NCBI GenBank assembly: GCA_946414915.1
Contig: CAMKQK010000002.1
Location: 9,377-73,376, forward strand
DNA: 64,000 bases
Direction of reading: 5' to 3'
Source of the DNA: an uncultured Bacillales bacterium
Lineage (GTDB): Bacteria; Bacillota_I; Bacilli_A; RFN20; CAG-826
The notes beneath the pieces are model-generated. The model made no database searches, was not told the DNA's origin, and saw nothing but the letters and a program-made list of their open reading frames with translations. The position numbers and the translations under genes are program-made. How positions within the stretch are numbered: the stretch's first letter is position 1; each line of letters begins with the position of its first letter. Positions 8,130-17,768 of this stretch are shown one piece after another.

Positions 8130-8354
8130 TTAAGCTCTTGCGATTCTGAAGCGATTCTCGTAGTCATAGACATAAGCAATATCGTGCTTGTTATTATCGA
8201 TGAAATATTCATCGTTGATTCTAAGATCGACTAGGCCATGTCTACTGTAGTAATTGAAGATGTAATCAATAGCTTTAGTTCTGGTGTTAAACTTGTGGCG
8301 GAATTGAATGAATCTTCCATCTACGACGGCTTCTAATGTGTACTTATTCATCAT
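8130..8354 (-). CDS. Small hypothetical protein (74 aa)
   Basis: ORF with an AAGAGG-type RBS upstream on the minus strand. No family recognised. Confidence 0.45.
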   Translation of the reverse strand: MMNKYTLEAVVDGRFIQFRHKFNTRTKAIDYIFNYYSRHGLVDLRINDEYFIDNNKHDIAYVYDYENRFRIARA

Positions 8355-8497
8355 CGGAATACCTCTTTTCTTTTAGCCTTTTTACGTCTTGCTTGGGACG
8401 AGGTATTCCTCAAGTGAATACAATATATTAGTCCTTTTTAAAGGACTGTCAAGTATTTTAGTAAAAATCTTTAAAAATATTATGCTATATTTAAATC

Positions 8498-9421
8498 ATG
8501 ATTGGACTTTATATTGCTTTAGGCATCATAGGATTCATTATCTTATTCATTGTTCTCGCGGTTATAACGATGTATCGTTTAATCTTCTTTTCACCGAGAA
8601 AAGGACAAATAAGTGACGCCACTTTAGTGGGTTCTAAAAACTTTCAACACTATGAAGAGATGATGAAAGAAAACATCCTCTCTTTTATAACTAAAGAGTA
8701 TGAAGATGTTTATATTGATTCATTTGATAAGTTAAAGCTGCACGCTAGATTGTTTGATAATAAAGAGTCTAAGAAGATCGCTATATTGTTACATGGTTAT
8801 AAAGGCACAGTTTATCGTGACTTTAACTCTATTAGTAAAATACTCTTTGAAGAAGGCTATAAAGTATTAGCCATTGATGAAAGAGCACATGGCTTATCTG
8901 AAGGCCACGTCATTACCTTTGGTGTTAGAGAAAGTAAAGACCTCTTATCTTGGTTAGATTACGTTAGTAAGAGATTTAATAATCCAGAAATATTACTAGT
9001 GGGTGTCTCTATGGGCGCTCATACGATATTAAACTCAGCGGATAAGATTGATAAAAGCATCAAGATTATCGCTGATTGTCCATATGCATCCCCTAAGGAG
9101 ATATTAGTGAGCACGATTAAATCAGTACATTTACCAGTCTTTATCTTTTATCCACTTCTTAATTTAACTAGTCATATATTCGCTCACGAAAGCTTAAATA
9201 AAACATCAGCGTATAATTCCATTAAGAATAGTGATAACAAAATACTTATCATGCACGGTGATAAAGATCATGTTATTCCATATACCATATCTAAGAAATT
9301 AGCGGATACCTACCCTCATAAAATAAGATATGAAGTATTTAAAAACGCTGACCATGGTGCATCAGCGTTAGTGGATTTCGATAGATATCAGAGAGTAGTG
9401 AAAGAGTTCTTAGATAACTAG
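8498..9421 (+). CDS. Alpha/beta hydrolase with N-terminal membrane anchor
   Basis: TM at the N-terminus, HG oxyanion motif (LLHGYKG), nucleophile elbow GVSMGA, C-terminal HG(D)KD...DH catalytic-type residues. Confidence 0.8.
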   Translation: MIGLYIALGIIGFIILFIVLAVITMYRLIFFSPRKGQISDATLVGSKNFQHYEEMMKENILSFITKEYEDVYIDSFDKLKLHARLFDNKESKKIAILLHGYKGTVYRDFNSISKILFEEGYKVLAIDERAHGLSEGHVITFGVRESKDLLSWLDYVSKRFNNPEILLVGVSMGAHTILNSADKIDKSIKIIADCPYASPKEILVSTIKSVHLPVFIFYPLLNLTSHIFAHESLNKTSAYNSIKNSDNKILIMHGDKDHVIPYTISKKLADTYPHKIRYEVFKNADHGASALVDFDRYQRVVKEFLDN

Positions 9422-9771
9422 TTTGCTTTTCCAAATAGCTCTTCTTGGATTGCTAAGAAATCTTCTTTTAAATCTGGTAAGTTTCTTAATGCAGTTTGAT
9501 AGATTTGAGCAGCGTCAACTTTATTATAAATGTGAACGATGAGTATTCTTAATGCTCTTGCTTCATCCCATGGAAGTGATGGATATTTTTCAGCGAGATG
9601 CTTTTCCATTTTTATCATTTGTTCGCCGATTTGCGCAATTGAGAAGCAAGTGGCTCTAACTAATAAATCTGATTCTGCGAATTGTTCCATTGTTTTGCCT
9701 TGCAAGTCAGACATGACTGTATCGATGTTGTTTAATAGGACACGAATCCTATCTTTTACTGAATTATCCAT
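9418..9771 (-). CDS. hepT: HepT-like (DUF86/HEPN) ribonuclease toxin
   Basis: Rx4HxY motif R-ILIV-H-I-Y, size about 117 aa. Overlaps the upstream nucleotidyltransferase gene by 8 nt. Confidence 0.8.
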   Translation of the reverse strand: MDNSVKDRIRVLLNNIDTVMSDLQGKTMEQFAESDLLVRATCFSIAQIGEQMIKMEKHLAEKYPSLPWDEARALRILIVHIYNKVDAAQIYQTALRNLPDLKEDFLAIQEELFGKAN

Positions 9772-10237
9772 ATATCTTTATTCCTTCTGTAAGTATTCTT
9801 TCTAAAAACGAATCGTTATCGCCAATTTGCCTGTGTGTTTGGAGATCCACTTGTTTAAATAGTACTTTTTCCAACTCACTAGCCATCTTGTAGAAACTCA
9901 ATCCCATTGGTGGGCAAACAACTAATATATCGACATCACTTTCTCCAGTAGCTTCGCCCCTTGCGTAACTACCATATAGATATGCACACTTTACTTCTGA
10001 ATAACGTGAAAATATTTGGCCACATAAAGCCTTAATTACTTTCACGCTTAGAATATAACGTTTCCCCTCAACATCGCATATCTCATTTAATTGAGCAAGT
10101 AAGTCGTTATATGTGCCGTTTTTTAATTCTGTTTCCTCGTATGTTTGGTAAGTACGACGTGAAACACCACATGCTTTGGCCATCTGTGCTTGGGTTAAAC
10201 CCAATTGCTTTCTTTTTAATCTTAATTCGTTTTCCAT
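9764..10237 (-). CDS. mntA: MntA-like nucleotidyltransferase antitoxin fused to an N-terminal XRE-type HTH
   Basis: HTH (LGLTQAQMAKACGVSRRTYQTYE) followed by the minimal NTase motif GSYARGEATGESDVDILV. Confidence 0.8.
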   Translation of the reverse strand: MENELRLKRKQLGLTQAQMAKACGVSRRTYQTYEETELKNGTYNDLLAQLNEICDVEGKRYILSVKVIKALCGQIFSRYSEVKCAYLYGSYARGEATGESDVDILVVCPPMGLSFYKMASELEKVLFKQVDLQTHRQIGDNDSFLERILTEGIKIYG

Positions 10238-10313
10238 ACCTTAATTATATATGCGCAAAACAAAATGCGCAACTTGTTTAATACATAATAATTGTGCTAA
10301 TCTATATGGTTAC

Positions 10314-10829
10314 ATGAAAAAGAGCAGAAAAGATTTGATATTATTGATAACATTCCTCGTACTAGCGGTAGTAATTAACGCTTATATTATTTACCATGCT
10401 TGCTTAAACGGCATGCAAAGCTCTAATGCCTCTGAAGGAGTCGTGGAAGTGAGTGAAGAAGTCGTTAATACAGTAAGACCTAACACTATTACAGAAGCTA
10501 ACCATGACCAATTTGCCACCTTTATTAGAAAAGCCTTTGGTCACTTTGGTTTATTTACTCTCAGTGGTATCTTCTCTTCCTTTGCCACTTATTTTGTAAT
10601 TAAGGACACTAAATGGTACACAAAAGGATTAGGTATTGGTATCTCTTTCCTATTTGGTTTCCTTTTAGCGGTATTAACAGAAATTATTCAATTAAATGTC
10701 CCGGGAAGAAGTGGGGAATTCGTTGATGTTTTAATCGATACAGGTGGATATGTCGTTGGTTTAGGTATTACTGTATTGATTCTTGTCTTGGCTTTAAAAC
10801 ATCAAACAAAGAAGAAAGAAAACCACTAA
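10314..10829 (+). CDS. VanZ-family membrane protein
   Basis: Four TM segments and the VanZ-like motif EIIQLNVPGRSGEFVDVLIDTGG. I prefer the ATG at 10314 (MKKSRKD...) over the track start at 10251. That start lies only 13 nt from the divergent mntA start. Confidence 0.65.
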   Translation: MKKSRKDLILLITFLVLAVVINAYIIYHACLNGMQSSNASEGVVEVSEEVVNTVRPNTITEANHDQFATFIRKAFGHFGLFTLSGIFSSFATYFVIKDTKWYTKGLGIGISFLFGFLLAVLTEIIQLNVPGRSGEFVDVLIDTGGYVVGLGITVLILVLALKHQTKKKENH

Positions 10830-10872
10830 CTTTTTGCGATTATACGCGTAATGTGATTAAATAAATGCACAA

Positions 10873-12720
10873 ATGAAGAAGAAAGAATTAAGAACATTTG
10901 ACTTAGATCAACCATTCAATCCTAGTGATATCAAAGGATTAAAATGGGAAGAATTAGATCTCCTCAGCGAAGAGATAAGAAAAAACATTATCGCTAGCTG
11001 CGCTAAAAATGGAGGTCACCTTTCTAGTTCTTTAGGGGCTACTGATTTAACTGTCGCTATTCATCATTATTTTGATTTACCAAAAGATAAAGTCATCTTT
11101 GACGTTGGTCATCAAAGCTATGCTCATAAGATTCTTTCTGGTAGAAGTTTAGAAAACTTAAGAAAGAGTGATGGTGTATCTGGTTTCCAAAAAAGAAGTG
11201 AATCAGAATATGATCCATATGAAGCAGGACACTCTTCTACATCTATAAGCGCTGCCATGGGTTTAGCGCTTCATCGTGACCTAAATAAAGAGAATTATGA
11301 AGTTATCGCGGTTATCGGTGATTCGTCTTTAGCGAACGGTGTGGCTTTTGAAGGTCTTAATAACCTCGCTAACTTTGATCATAAAATCATTATCATCATT
11401 AACGATAACAACCGCAGTATTAGTGAATCACGTGGTTTATTACACCGTTATTTTGAAAAGTTTAGATTATCCAAAGGTTATTTAAGAAGTAAAAGTCGTT
11501 ACCAAAGATTTTTAAAGAAGACTTTCTTAACTAGATGGTTCTATCACTTAACAAGTTGGATTAAACGTCAATTTAAAAAACTTTTATTAAGAAAGAACTT
11601 CTTTACTGAAATGGGTTTATATTTCATTTCTAATGTTGATGGACATGATATTAAGCAACTAGAGAAAGCCTTTAACTATGCGAAGAACGCTCCTAGTTCC
11701 GTTGTTATCCATGTCACTACACAAAAGGGACATGGTTATAAATATGCAGAAGAAGACTATGTTGGTAACTGGCATGGTGTTGGTCCATTTGATATTGAAA
11801 CTGGTAAACCACTTAAAGAAAGAAATCCATATTACCTTAGTTGGTCACAAATATACGCTCAATTATTAAAAGATAGATTAGCGATAGATGAACGTATGGT
11901 CTTGATTAACCCAGCCACAATGGTGGGATCATGTGTTGATGACTTATTAGAAAAATATCCTGACCGTGTATTTGATGTTGGTATTTCTGAAGAACATGGT
12001 GCGGTATTTGCCGCGGCAGTTGGTCTAAATAAAGATATCCATGCTTATTACAATATCTATAGCACCTTCTTACAACGTAGTTATGATGAAATTAGCCATG
12101 ACGTCGCTAGACTTGATAGTGATGTGACCTTCCTTATCGATAGAGCGGGCTTACCAGGAGAAGACGGGGAAACCCACGCTGGTATATATGATGTAGCGTA
12201 TTTATTAAGTATTCCTAATATCGCTATATGTATGGCTAATACCATGGAAGAAGCGATTGATTTATTTAACTTCTCCACCATATATCCACACCCATTAGCG
12301 ATCCGTTATCCAAAAGACATCGTTGAGAAATGTGGTAATCATGAACCAAGAGAAGTCAGACTTGGTGAATGGAAAATAGAAGCGGATGATGGTGATACCG
12401 CAATCATTTCTTATGGTCCGGTTATTAAGCACCTAGTGGAAGAAATGCCTGGTTACACAATTGTTAATGCTATGTTCATTAGACCAATTGATGTGGAATG
12501 CTTAAAGTCATTGTTCAATAAGAAACAAATCATTCTTTATGATATCTATGGCACTAAAGAGGGTTTTTGTTCCTATGTGCTTAATTATTTAATCGAATTA
12601 GGCTATCAAGGTGATATTAAAACACTCGCAGTGCCAAATACATTTATTAAACACGGTAACGTCTTAGACCAAGTTAAAGATCTTGGTATTACCTTTGATG
12701 ATTTAAGAAAACTCATTTAA
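10873..12720 (+). CDS. dxs: 1-deoxy-D-xylulose-5-phosphate synthase
   Basis: Typical N-terminus (NGGHLSSSLGATDLTVAIHHYF, VGHQSYAHKILSGR), TPP-binding GDSSLANGVAFEGLNN, full length 615 aa. Confidence 0.95.
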   Translation: MKKKELRTFDLDQPFNPSDIKGLKWEELDLLSEEIRKNIIASCAKNGGHLSSSLGATDLTVAIHHYFDLPKDKVIFDVGHQSYAHKILSGRSLENLRKSDGVSGFQKRSESEYDPYEAGHSSTSISAAMGLALHRDLNKENYEVIAVIGDSSLANGVAFEGLNNLANFDHKIIIIINDNNRSISESRGLLHRYFEKFRLSKGYLRSKSRYQRFLKKTFLTRWFYHLTSWIKRQFKKLLLRKNFFTEMGLYFISNVDGHDIKQLEKAFNYAKNAPSSVVIHVTTQKGHGYKYAEEDYVGNWHGVGPFDIETGKPLKERNPYYLSWSQIYAQLLKDRLAIDERMVLINPATMVGSCVDDLLEKYPDRVFDVGISEEHGAVFAAAVGLNKDIHAYYNIYSTFLQRSYDEISHDVARLDSDVTFLIDRAGLPGEDGETHAGIYDVAYLLSIPNIAICMANTMEEAIDLFNFSTIYPHPLAIRYPKDIVEKCGNHEPREVRLGEWKIEADDGDTAIISYGPVIKHLVEEMPGYTIVNAMFIRPIDVECLKSLFNKKQIILYDIYGTKEGFCSYVLNYLIELGYQGDIKTLAVPNTFIKHGNVLDQVKDLGITFDDLRKLI

Positions 12721-12740
12721 AGGAAAATTTTATAAAAAAT

Positions 12741-12814
12741 TTGCCTTTATAATATTATATTAGTCTCTACGTAGATATAGATTACTTATATATAAATATA
12801 ATATATAAAGGCAA
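12741..12814 (+). terminator. Long AT-rich inverted repeat after dxs (terminator and/or cassette boundary)
   Basis: TTGCCTTTATA (12741-12751) pairs with TATAAAGGCAA (12804-12814). It is extended by TATTATAT/ATATAATA, with a 35-nt loop, then TTTT. Confidence 0.5.
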
Positions 12815-12891
12815 TTTTGGTGGGTCTATTGACTCATTTTTTTGTGTGTGAGAATGTAAATAAGAAAGTGAAATAAAAGGAGACCGTATCA

Positions 12892-13779
12892 ATGAATTAT
12901 GAAGTTATAAGGTTCGAAAATGGCAATGTAGAGTTAGAAGTGAATGTTTCTCCGGAAGAAGACACGGTATGGCTTAATTTGAATGAGATTTGTCTTCTCT
13001 TTGGAAGAGATAAATCTGTAATTTCTCGACATATTAAAAACGTTTTCAAAGAAAACGAGTTGGAAAAAAGTCGAGTTGTTGCAAAAAATGCAACTACTGG
13101 TACTGATGGAAAAGTATATCAAGTAGATTACTACAATCTAGACGTAATCATATCAGTGGGGTATCGCGTTAAATCTAAGAATGGTATTGTCTTCAGAAAA
13201 TGGGCTAATTCTGTACTGAAAGAGTATTTACTCAGAGGATATGCGCTGAATGAAGGAAGAACTCTTATCACAAAAGATAATTACCTGAATTTAGTTAATA
13301 GAGTTGATTCTTTGGATGTCAGAATCGGTTCTATTGAAAACGCTGTAAAGCATCGCTTCGTCGAGGATGTGATTATTAGTGATGGAGAAATGTTCGATGC
13401 GCTTGTGCTTATTACTAAAATGATAGAGACAGCCTATTCTTCGATTGTTCTAATGGATCCATATATTGACGCAACTTCTTTGAGCTTTTTTAAAAACAAA
13501 AAAGAAGGAGTGACTCTTGTTGTGATTACTTCTTCTAGAGCAAACATCGGAAGAAGAGAAATATCTTCTTTCTCAGATAGGTTTGGAAAAATTGAAATCA
13601 AAACTGATGATAAGTATCATGATAGATATTTGGTTTTAGATAATGAGCTTTTCTACCATCTAGGTTGTTCAATTAATTATATCGGCAAAAGGCTTTCACA
13701 AATTACTTTGATAAAAGACGAATTTGTAATAGATGCGCTTAAAAAGAGAATTAATACTTTATGTGGAAACGGTGACTAA
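12892..13779 (+). CDS. RhuM-family (virulence/Fic-associated DNA-binding-type) protein with an extra C-terminal domain
   Basis: N-terminal half matches the RhuM signature (LFGRDKSVISRHIKNVF...YQVDYYNLDVIISVGYRVKS...FRKWANSVLKEYLLRGY). The C-terminal about 130 aa are unassigned. Confidence 0.65.
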   Translation: MNYEVIRFENGNVELEVNVSPEEDTVWLNLNEICLLFGRDKSVISRHIKNVFKENELEKSRVVAKNATTGTDGKVYQVDYYNLDVIISVGYRVKSKNGIVFRKWANSVLKEYLLRGYALNEGRTLITKDNYLNLVNRVDSLDVRIGSIENAVKHRFVEDVIISDGEMFDALVLITKMIETAYSSIVLMDPYIDATSLSFFKNKKEGVTLVVITSSRANIGRREISSFSDRFGKIEIKTDDKYHDRYLVLDNELFYHLGCSINYIGKRLSQITLIKDEFVIDALKKRINTLCGNGD

Positions 13780-13780
13780 T

Positions 13781-14557
13781 ATGATTTTTATTACAGGCGA
13801 CACACATGGAGATATTGATTATAAGAAACTCCTTACCTTGAAAGAGAAGAATCTTTCATATGACGATTATCTAATCATTTGCGGTGACGCAGGCATCTGT
13901 TGGTCACCAAAATCATTTCCATACACGCTAGACCTATATAGAGATATTGGATGTACAATTCTCTTTATTGATGGTAATCATGAAAACTTCGATATGTTAG
14001 AACAGGCTCCTCTCGTGGAACACAAAGGAGCACTGATGCACCACATAGATGACCACATATTTCATGTACTCCGTGGCGAGATAATGACGTTAGACAATAA
14101 AACCTTTCTGTGCCTCGGAGGAGCGTGCTCTATAGACAAGATGTATAGAACACCACATCTTTCTTGGTGGCCTCAAGAAGAAATCAATCAACATGATATT
14201 GATAACGCAATGTGTAACCTTGAGAAAGTTAATAACAAAGTGGATTTCGTCATCACGCATTGCTGTGACTCTAAGACGGTACTTAACGCATTTAGTTTTA
14301 GAAGAGATGTATGTAGTGACCAATTAATGCTTATCGATAGAGTGGTGGATTATAAGCATTGGTTCTTTGGCCATTACCATTTTGATAGAGATATAAATGA
14401 GAAAAAGACATGCCTCTATAATCAGATTATTGAGTTGGAAGATGTTCCAAACGAAGAAACAATAAAAGCCATGAAAGAAGTGGAAGAGTTAGAAAGAGAT
14501 CCAACCACTAAAAAGTATAGTAATGTTGAAGAACTAATAGACTACTTAAAGGATTAG
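13781..14557 (+). CDS. Calcineurin-like metallophosphoesterase
   Basis: Motifs ITGDTHGD, CGDAG, GNHEN, and GHYH late in the protein. The ATG at 13781 lies 1 nt after the upstream stop. Confidence 0.7.
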   Translation: MIFITGDTHGDIDYKKLLTLKEKNLSYDDYLIICGDAGICWSPKSFPYTLDLYRDIGCTILFIDGNHENFDMLEQAPLVEHKGALMHHIDDHIFHVLRGEIMTLDNKTFLCLGGACSIDKMYRTPHLSWWPQEEINQHDIDNAMCNLEKVNNKVDFVITHCCDSKTVLNAFSFRRDVCSDQLMLIDRVVDYKHWFFGHYHFDRDINEKKTCLYNQIIELEDVPNEETIKAMKEVEELERDPTTKKYSNVEELIDYLKD

Positions 14558-14584
14558 TCACCTTTGTTTAAGGAGGATAAATAT

Positions 14585-15031
14585 ATGAAAAAAGTTATTT
14601 TAAATAAGTGCTATGGATTATTTAGCGTTTCACCTAAAGCGTATTTTCTCTACGCTAAAAAGATTAATAAAGAATTATATTGCTATAGAGGCAACCATAA
14701 TTCAAAAGATGGCTTTGTTTACACTAAAGAAAGCCTTGAAGACTTTATTAAAAATGAACCAGATCTCTTGTATTTCTATTCTTTCGTGGATTGTGGAGAT
14801 AAAGTACATCTTTCTTCTTTTAACGATGAAGTTGAAGACCGCCTTATTATAGATGGTAAACATAGATTTGATCCTATTCTAATTGAAGTGATTGAAGAAC
14901 TTGGAGATGCTGCTAGTGGCAAGTACAGTGAATTGCGTGTTGTTGAGATACCCGATGATGTCGCTGGAGATTATATGATTGATGATTACGACGGGATTGA
15001 AATATTACACAAAAAGGTAACGGAATATTAA
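14585..15031 (+). CDS. Hypothetical protein (148 aa)
   Basis: Strong RBS AAGGAGG 8 nt upstream of the ATG at 14585. No family recognised. Confidence 0.5.
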   Translation: MKKVILNKCYGLFSVSPKAYFLYAKKINKELYCYRGNHNSKDGFVYTKESLEDFIKNEPDLLYFYSFVDCGDKVHLSSFNDEVEDRLIIDGKHRFDPILIEVIEELGDAASGKYSELRVVEIPDDVAGDYMIDDYDGIEILHKKVTEY

Positions 15032-15108
15032 AGAACAAAGACAACTTCTTACCAATGCGTGGTGAAGGAAAGAAAAGATTTTGTAATTAGAAACAGGGGG
15101 ATCAACTA

Positions 15109-15384
15109 ATGAGAACTTGGGAAGATTATAAAAAAGACGCAAAAAGTACTAGCGATGCGGTTAAGCAGGATATTGAAGAAATGGAAGTGCTTGCCGCTAT
15201 TGTCACAGCAATCATAGATAGACGTAATGAACTTGGATATACCCAAAGAGATTTAGCGGTTATATGTGGCCTTCCTCAATCTTCTGTGGCAAGAATCGAA
15301 GCATGTATTGTTAAACCGAATATTGAAACACTTATTAAGATTATGAAACCACTTGGGCTAACGCTTTCTGTGGTAAATGCTTAA
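15109..15384 (+). CDS. XRE-family HTH protein (antitoxin/regulator-like, 91 aa)
   Basis: HTH_3-like core LGYTQRDLAVICGLPQSSVARIE preceded by a short acidic N-terminal extension. Confidence 0.7.
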   Translation: MRTWEDYKKDAKSTSDAVKQDIEEMEVLAAIVTAIIDRRNELGYTQRDLAVICGLPQSSVARIEACIVKPNIETLIKIMKPLGLTLSVVNA

Positions 15385-15454
15385 TTGCTTAAGAAAGGTA
15401 TGTGTGCAAATCATGCACATATACTTTTTTTATGGAATGGTGGATAATAATGAC

Positions 15455-16306
15455 ATGATTAAATTACTTAAACCTATTGCTCACTGCTATGGTGTGATAA
15501 ATGCGATTAATCTCGCTAAGAAAGTCGCTAATGATTATAAAGATAAGAATATCTATGTTTTTGGTTTACTTGTCCATAATGAAGAAGTGACTAAAGAGTT
15601 AGATAGCTATGGTATCAAAACAATAGATTTAACTAATCAGAATCCATTAGATATTTTAAAGAGATTCACTAGTAATGATATCGTTATATTTACAGCGCAT
15701 GGTCATCCAGATGTCTATGAAGATATCTTAACTATTAGAGGTGTTCGTTATTTTGATGCGACATGTCCTAAAGTGAAGGAATGTTTTAATGCCATAAGAA
15801 ACAGTAAAGAAACTATCTATATCGGTAAACGTAATCATCCAGAAGCTAATGCGGCATTAACACAAAATGATAATGTGTTGTTCTATGATATTAATGAGAA
15901 GTTTGACTATGCCCAAGTCAAAACTGATAATCCATTAATCATCAATCAAACAACATTATCATTTTTAGAATTAGAAGATATCCATCAAGAGATAAAAGAT
16001 AATATCAAGAATCCTAATATCATTGATGAAATATGTGATGCGACATTATTAAGACAAAAGGCTATCAATGAACTAGGGGATGACGTAGACACTATTATCA
16101 TCGTGGGTAGCAAGAAATCATCTAACACCATGAAACTATATGAAGTCGCTAAAAAGAAACATCTTAATAAAGCGATATATCTATTAGAAAATATTGAAGA
16201 TTGTAAGAAGCTAAATATTAAGTATAAGAACGCTGTGATAGCAAGTGGAACATCCACTCCGTTAAATACAATCAATCAAATCAAAGAATACCTAGAAAAT
16301 AAATAA
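15455..16306 (+). CDS. ispH: 4-hydroxy-3-methylbut-2-enyl diphosphate reductase
   Basis: IspH/LytB motifs: LVHNEEV, TAHGHP, DATCPKV, NQTTLS, ICDATLLRQ, VGSKKSSNT. Start chosen at the ATG at 15455 with a GGTGGA RBS. Confidence 0.9.
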   Translation: MIKLLKPIAHCYGVINAINLAKKVANDYKDKNIYVFGLLVHNEEVTKELDSYGIKTIDLTNQNPLDILKRFTSNDIVIFTAHGHPDVYEDILTIRGVRYFDATCPKVKECFNAIRNSKETIYIGKRNHPEANAALTQNDNVLFYDINEKFDYAQVKTDNPLIINQTTLSFLELEDIHQEIKDNIKNPNIIDEICDATLLRQKAINELGDDVDTIIIVGSKKSSNTMKLYEVAKKKHLNKAIYLLENIEDCKKLNIKYKNAVIASGTSTPLNTINQIKEYLENK

Positions 16307-16363
16307 CTATTGCTTGAAATCTCCACTAAATCCAATATAATTGTATTTGAAGGTGCAAACAAT

Positions 16364-16957
16364 ATGATTTTGACTATTTCACAGCTAAAAGAGAGGTATC
16401 ACGAGTATGCCAATCCTATTGATAAGATTAAGAGGGATTGTGATGCTGGTCTTTTGATTCGCTTAAATCGTGGTTTGTATGAAGATAATCCTCATGCTGA
16501 GCCAATGTTTTTAGCGGCATCTCTATTATCTCCTTCCTATATTAGTTTTGAAACAGCACTAGCTTATTATGGTTTAATACCTGAACGAGTGGTAACTATC
16601 ACATCAGCATCTCTTATGGTCAGAAAGAATAAAGACTTCATCAATAGTTTTGGGAGATATACTTTTACCGATATTCCTTCTGATGTCTTTTATTTAGGAA
16701 CAACTCATATTACTAACGGTGATTATGTTGCCCGTATTGCCACTAAAGAAAAAGCACTATGTGATTCTTTGTGCAAATGGCCAGTTGTGCGTAGCGTAAA
16801 GGACTTAAAGCAATTAATGTTTGATGATAAGAGAATAGATATTGATGAATTTCAATCATGCAATTTCCTCGACATGATTGAAATTGCTAAACAATACCAT
16901 AAAACCAATCTTGTTTTATTGATAAAAATGATAAGAAAGGAATATCTCCATGAATAG
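16364..16957 (+). CDS. AbiEi-like (type IV TA antitoxin family) protein with no AbiEii partner
   Basis: N-terminal winged-helix-like segment and the RLNRGLYE motif typical of the AbiEi_4 family. Followed directly by uppS. Confidence 0.6.
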   Translation: MILTISQLKERYHEYANPIDKIKRDCDAGLLIRLNRGLYEDNPHAEPMFLAASLLSPSYISFETALAYYGLIPERVVTITSASLMVRKNKDFINSFGRYTFTDIPSDVFYLGTTHITNGDYVARIATKEKALCDSLCKWPVVRSVKDLKQLMFDDKRIDIDEFQSCNFLDMIEIAKQYHKTNLVLLIKMIRKEYLHE

Positions 16958-16986
16958 TGTCTTTAGAACAATAAGGAGAAAATAAT

Positions 16987-17700
16987 ATGGCTAATAATCA
17001 AATTAATCACGTGGCCCTTATCATGGACGGCAATGGTAGATGGGCTAAAAAAAGAGGTCTACCAAGAACCGCTGGTCATGAAGAAGGCTGTAAAAGAATT
17101 ATTGAAATATTTGACGCAGTTAAGGCTAATCATATCTACTGTATGACCTTATATGCTTTTTCTACGGAAAACTGGAATAGACCAAAAAGTGAAATCACTT
17201 TGTTATTTAGATATTTAGATAAGTTCTTTAAAGATAATATCGCTGATTTAATGAGAGATGGTGTCAGAGTCCAAGTGATGGGGGACATCACTAGACTCCC
17301 TAAACACTCTCAAAAAACAGTCTTAGAAGCACTCAATAAGACAAAAGATAATAATAACTATGTGTTTAATATCGCTTTAAACTATGGTTCTAGACAAGAA
17401 CTAGTCAAAGCCACGAAAGAAATCGCTACACTAGTGAAAGATAATAAGTTAGATGTAAACGATATCAACGAACAAACAATAAGTGATCATCTATACACAA
17501 ATAACTTACCACCAGTGGACTTAATGATTAGAACAAGTGGTGAACAACGTTTAAGTAACTATTTATTATACCAACTCGCGTATTCTGAATTTATTTTCAC
17601 CCCAACATATTGGCCAGACTTCACTAAGGATAAGTTCCAAGAGTGTTTAAAAGAGTATCAGACAAGAGATAGAAGATACGGTAAGATTGTTGAAGAATAA
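16987..17700 (+). CDS. uppS: Undecaprenyl-diphosphate synthase (cis-prenyltransferase)
   Basis: HVALIMDGNGRWA, YAFSTENWNRP, IRTSGEQRLSNYLLYQLAYSEF. Confidence 0.95.
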   Translation: MANNQINHVALIMDGNGRWAKKRGLPRTAGHEEGCKRIIEIFDAVKANHIYCMTLYAFSTENWNRPKSEITLLFRYLDKFFKDNIADLMRDGVRVQVMGDITRLPKHSQKTVLEALNKTKDNNNYVFNIALNYGSRQELVKATKEIATLVKDNKLDVNDINEQTISDHLYTNNLPPVDLMIRTSGEQRLSNYLLYQLAYSEFIFTPTYWPDFTKDKFQECLKEYQTRDRRYGKIVEE

Positions 17701-17768
17701 CGTTTTTACGTACGTTTTGTATTGACGTACGCAATAACATAATGTGTTATATTTGCGAGGTGATAAAA

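Noticed and set aside
10251-10313. The N-terminal extension of the VanZ-like ORF (MRKTKCATCLIHNNCANLYGY) given by the track.
   Set aside because: It would start 13 nt from the divergent mntA start codon and would cover the likely shared promoter/operator. The internal ATG at 10314 yields a typical signal/TM start (MKKSRKDLILLITF).
6186-12720. OLE RNA, considered because OLE loci are classically linked to isoprenoid genes including dxs.
   Set aside because: dxs lies 3.6 kb away with six unrelated genes in between. No OapA-like gene is adjacent. OLE is ~600 nt and is not known to me as a triplicated unit. I cannot recall enough OLE consensus to claim a match, so cmsearch is needed.
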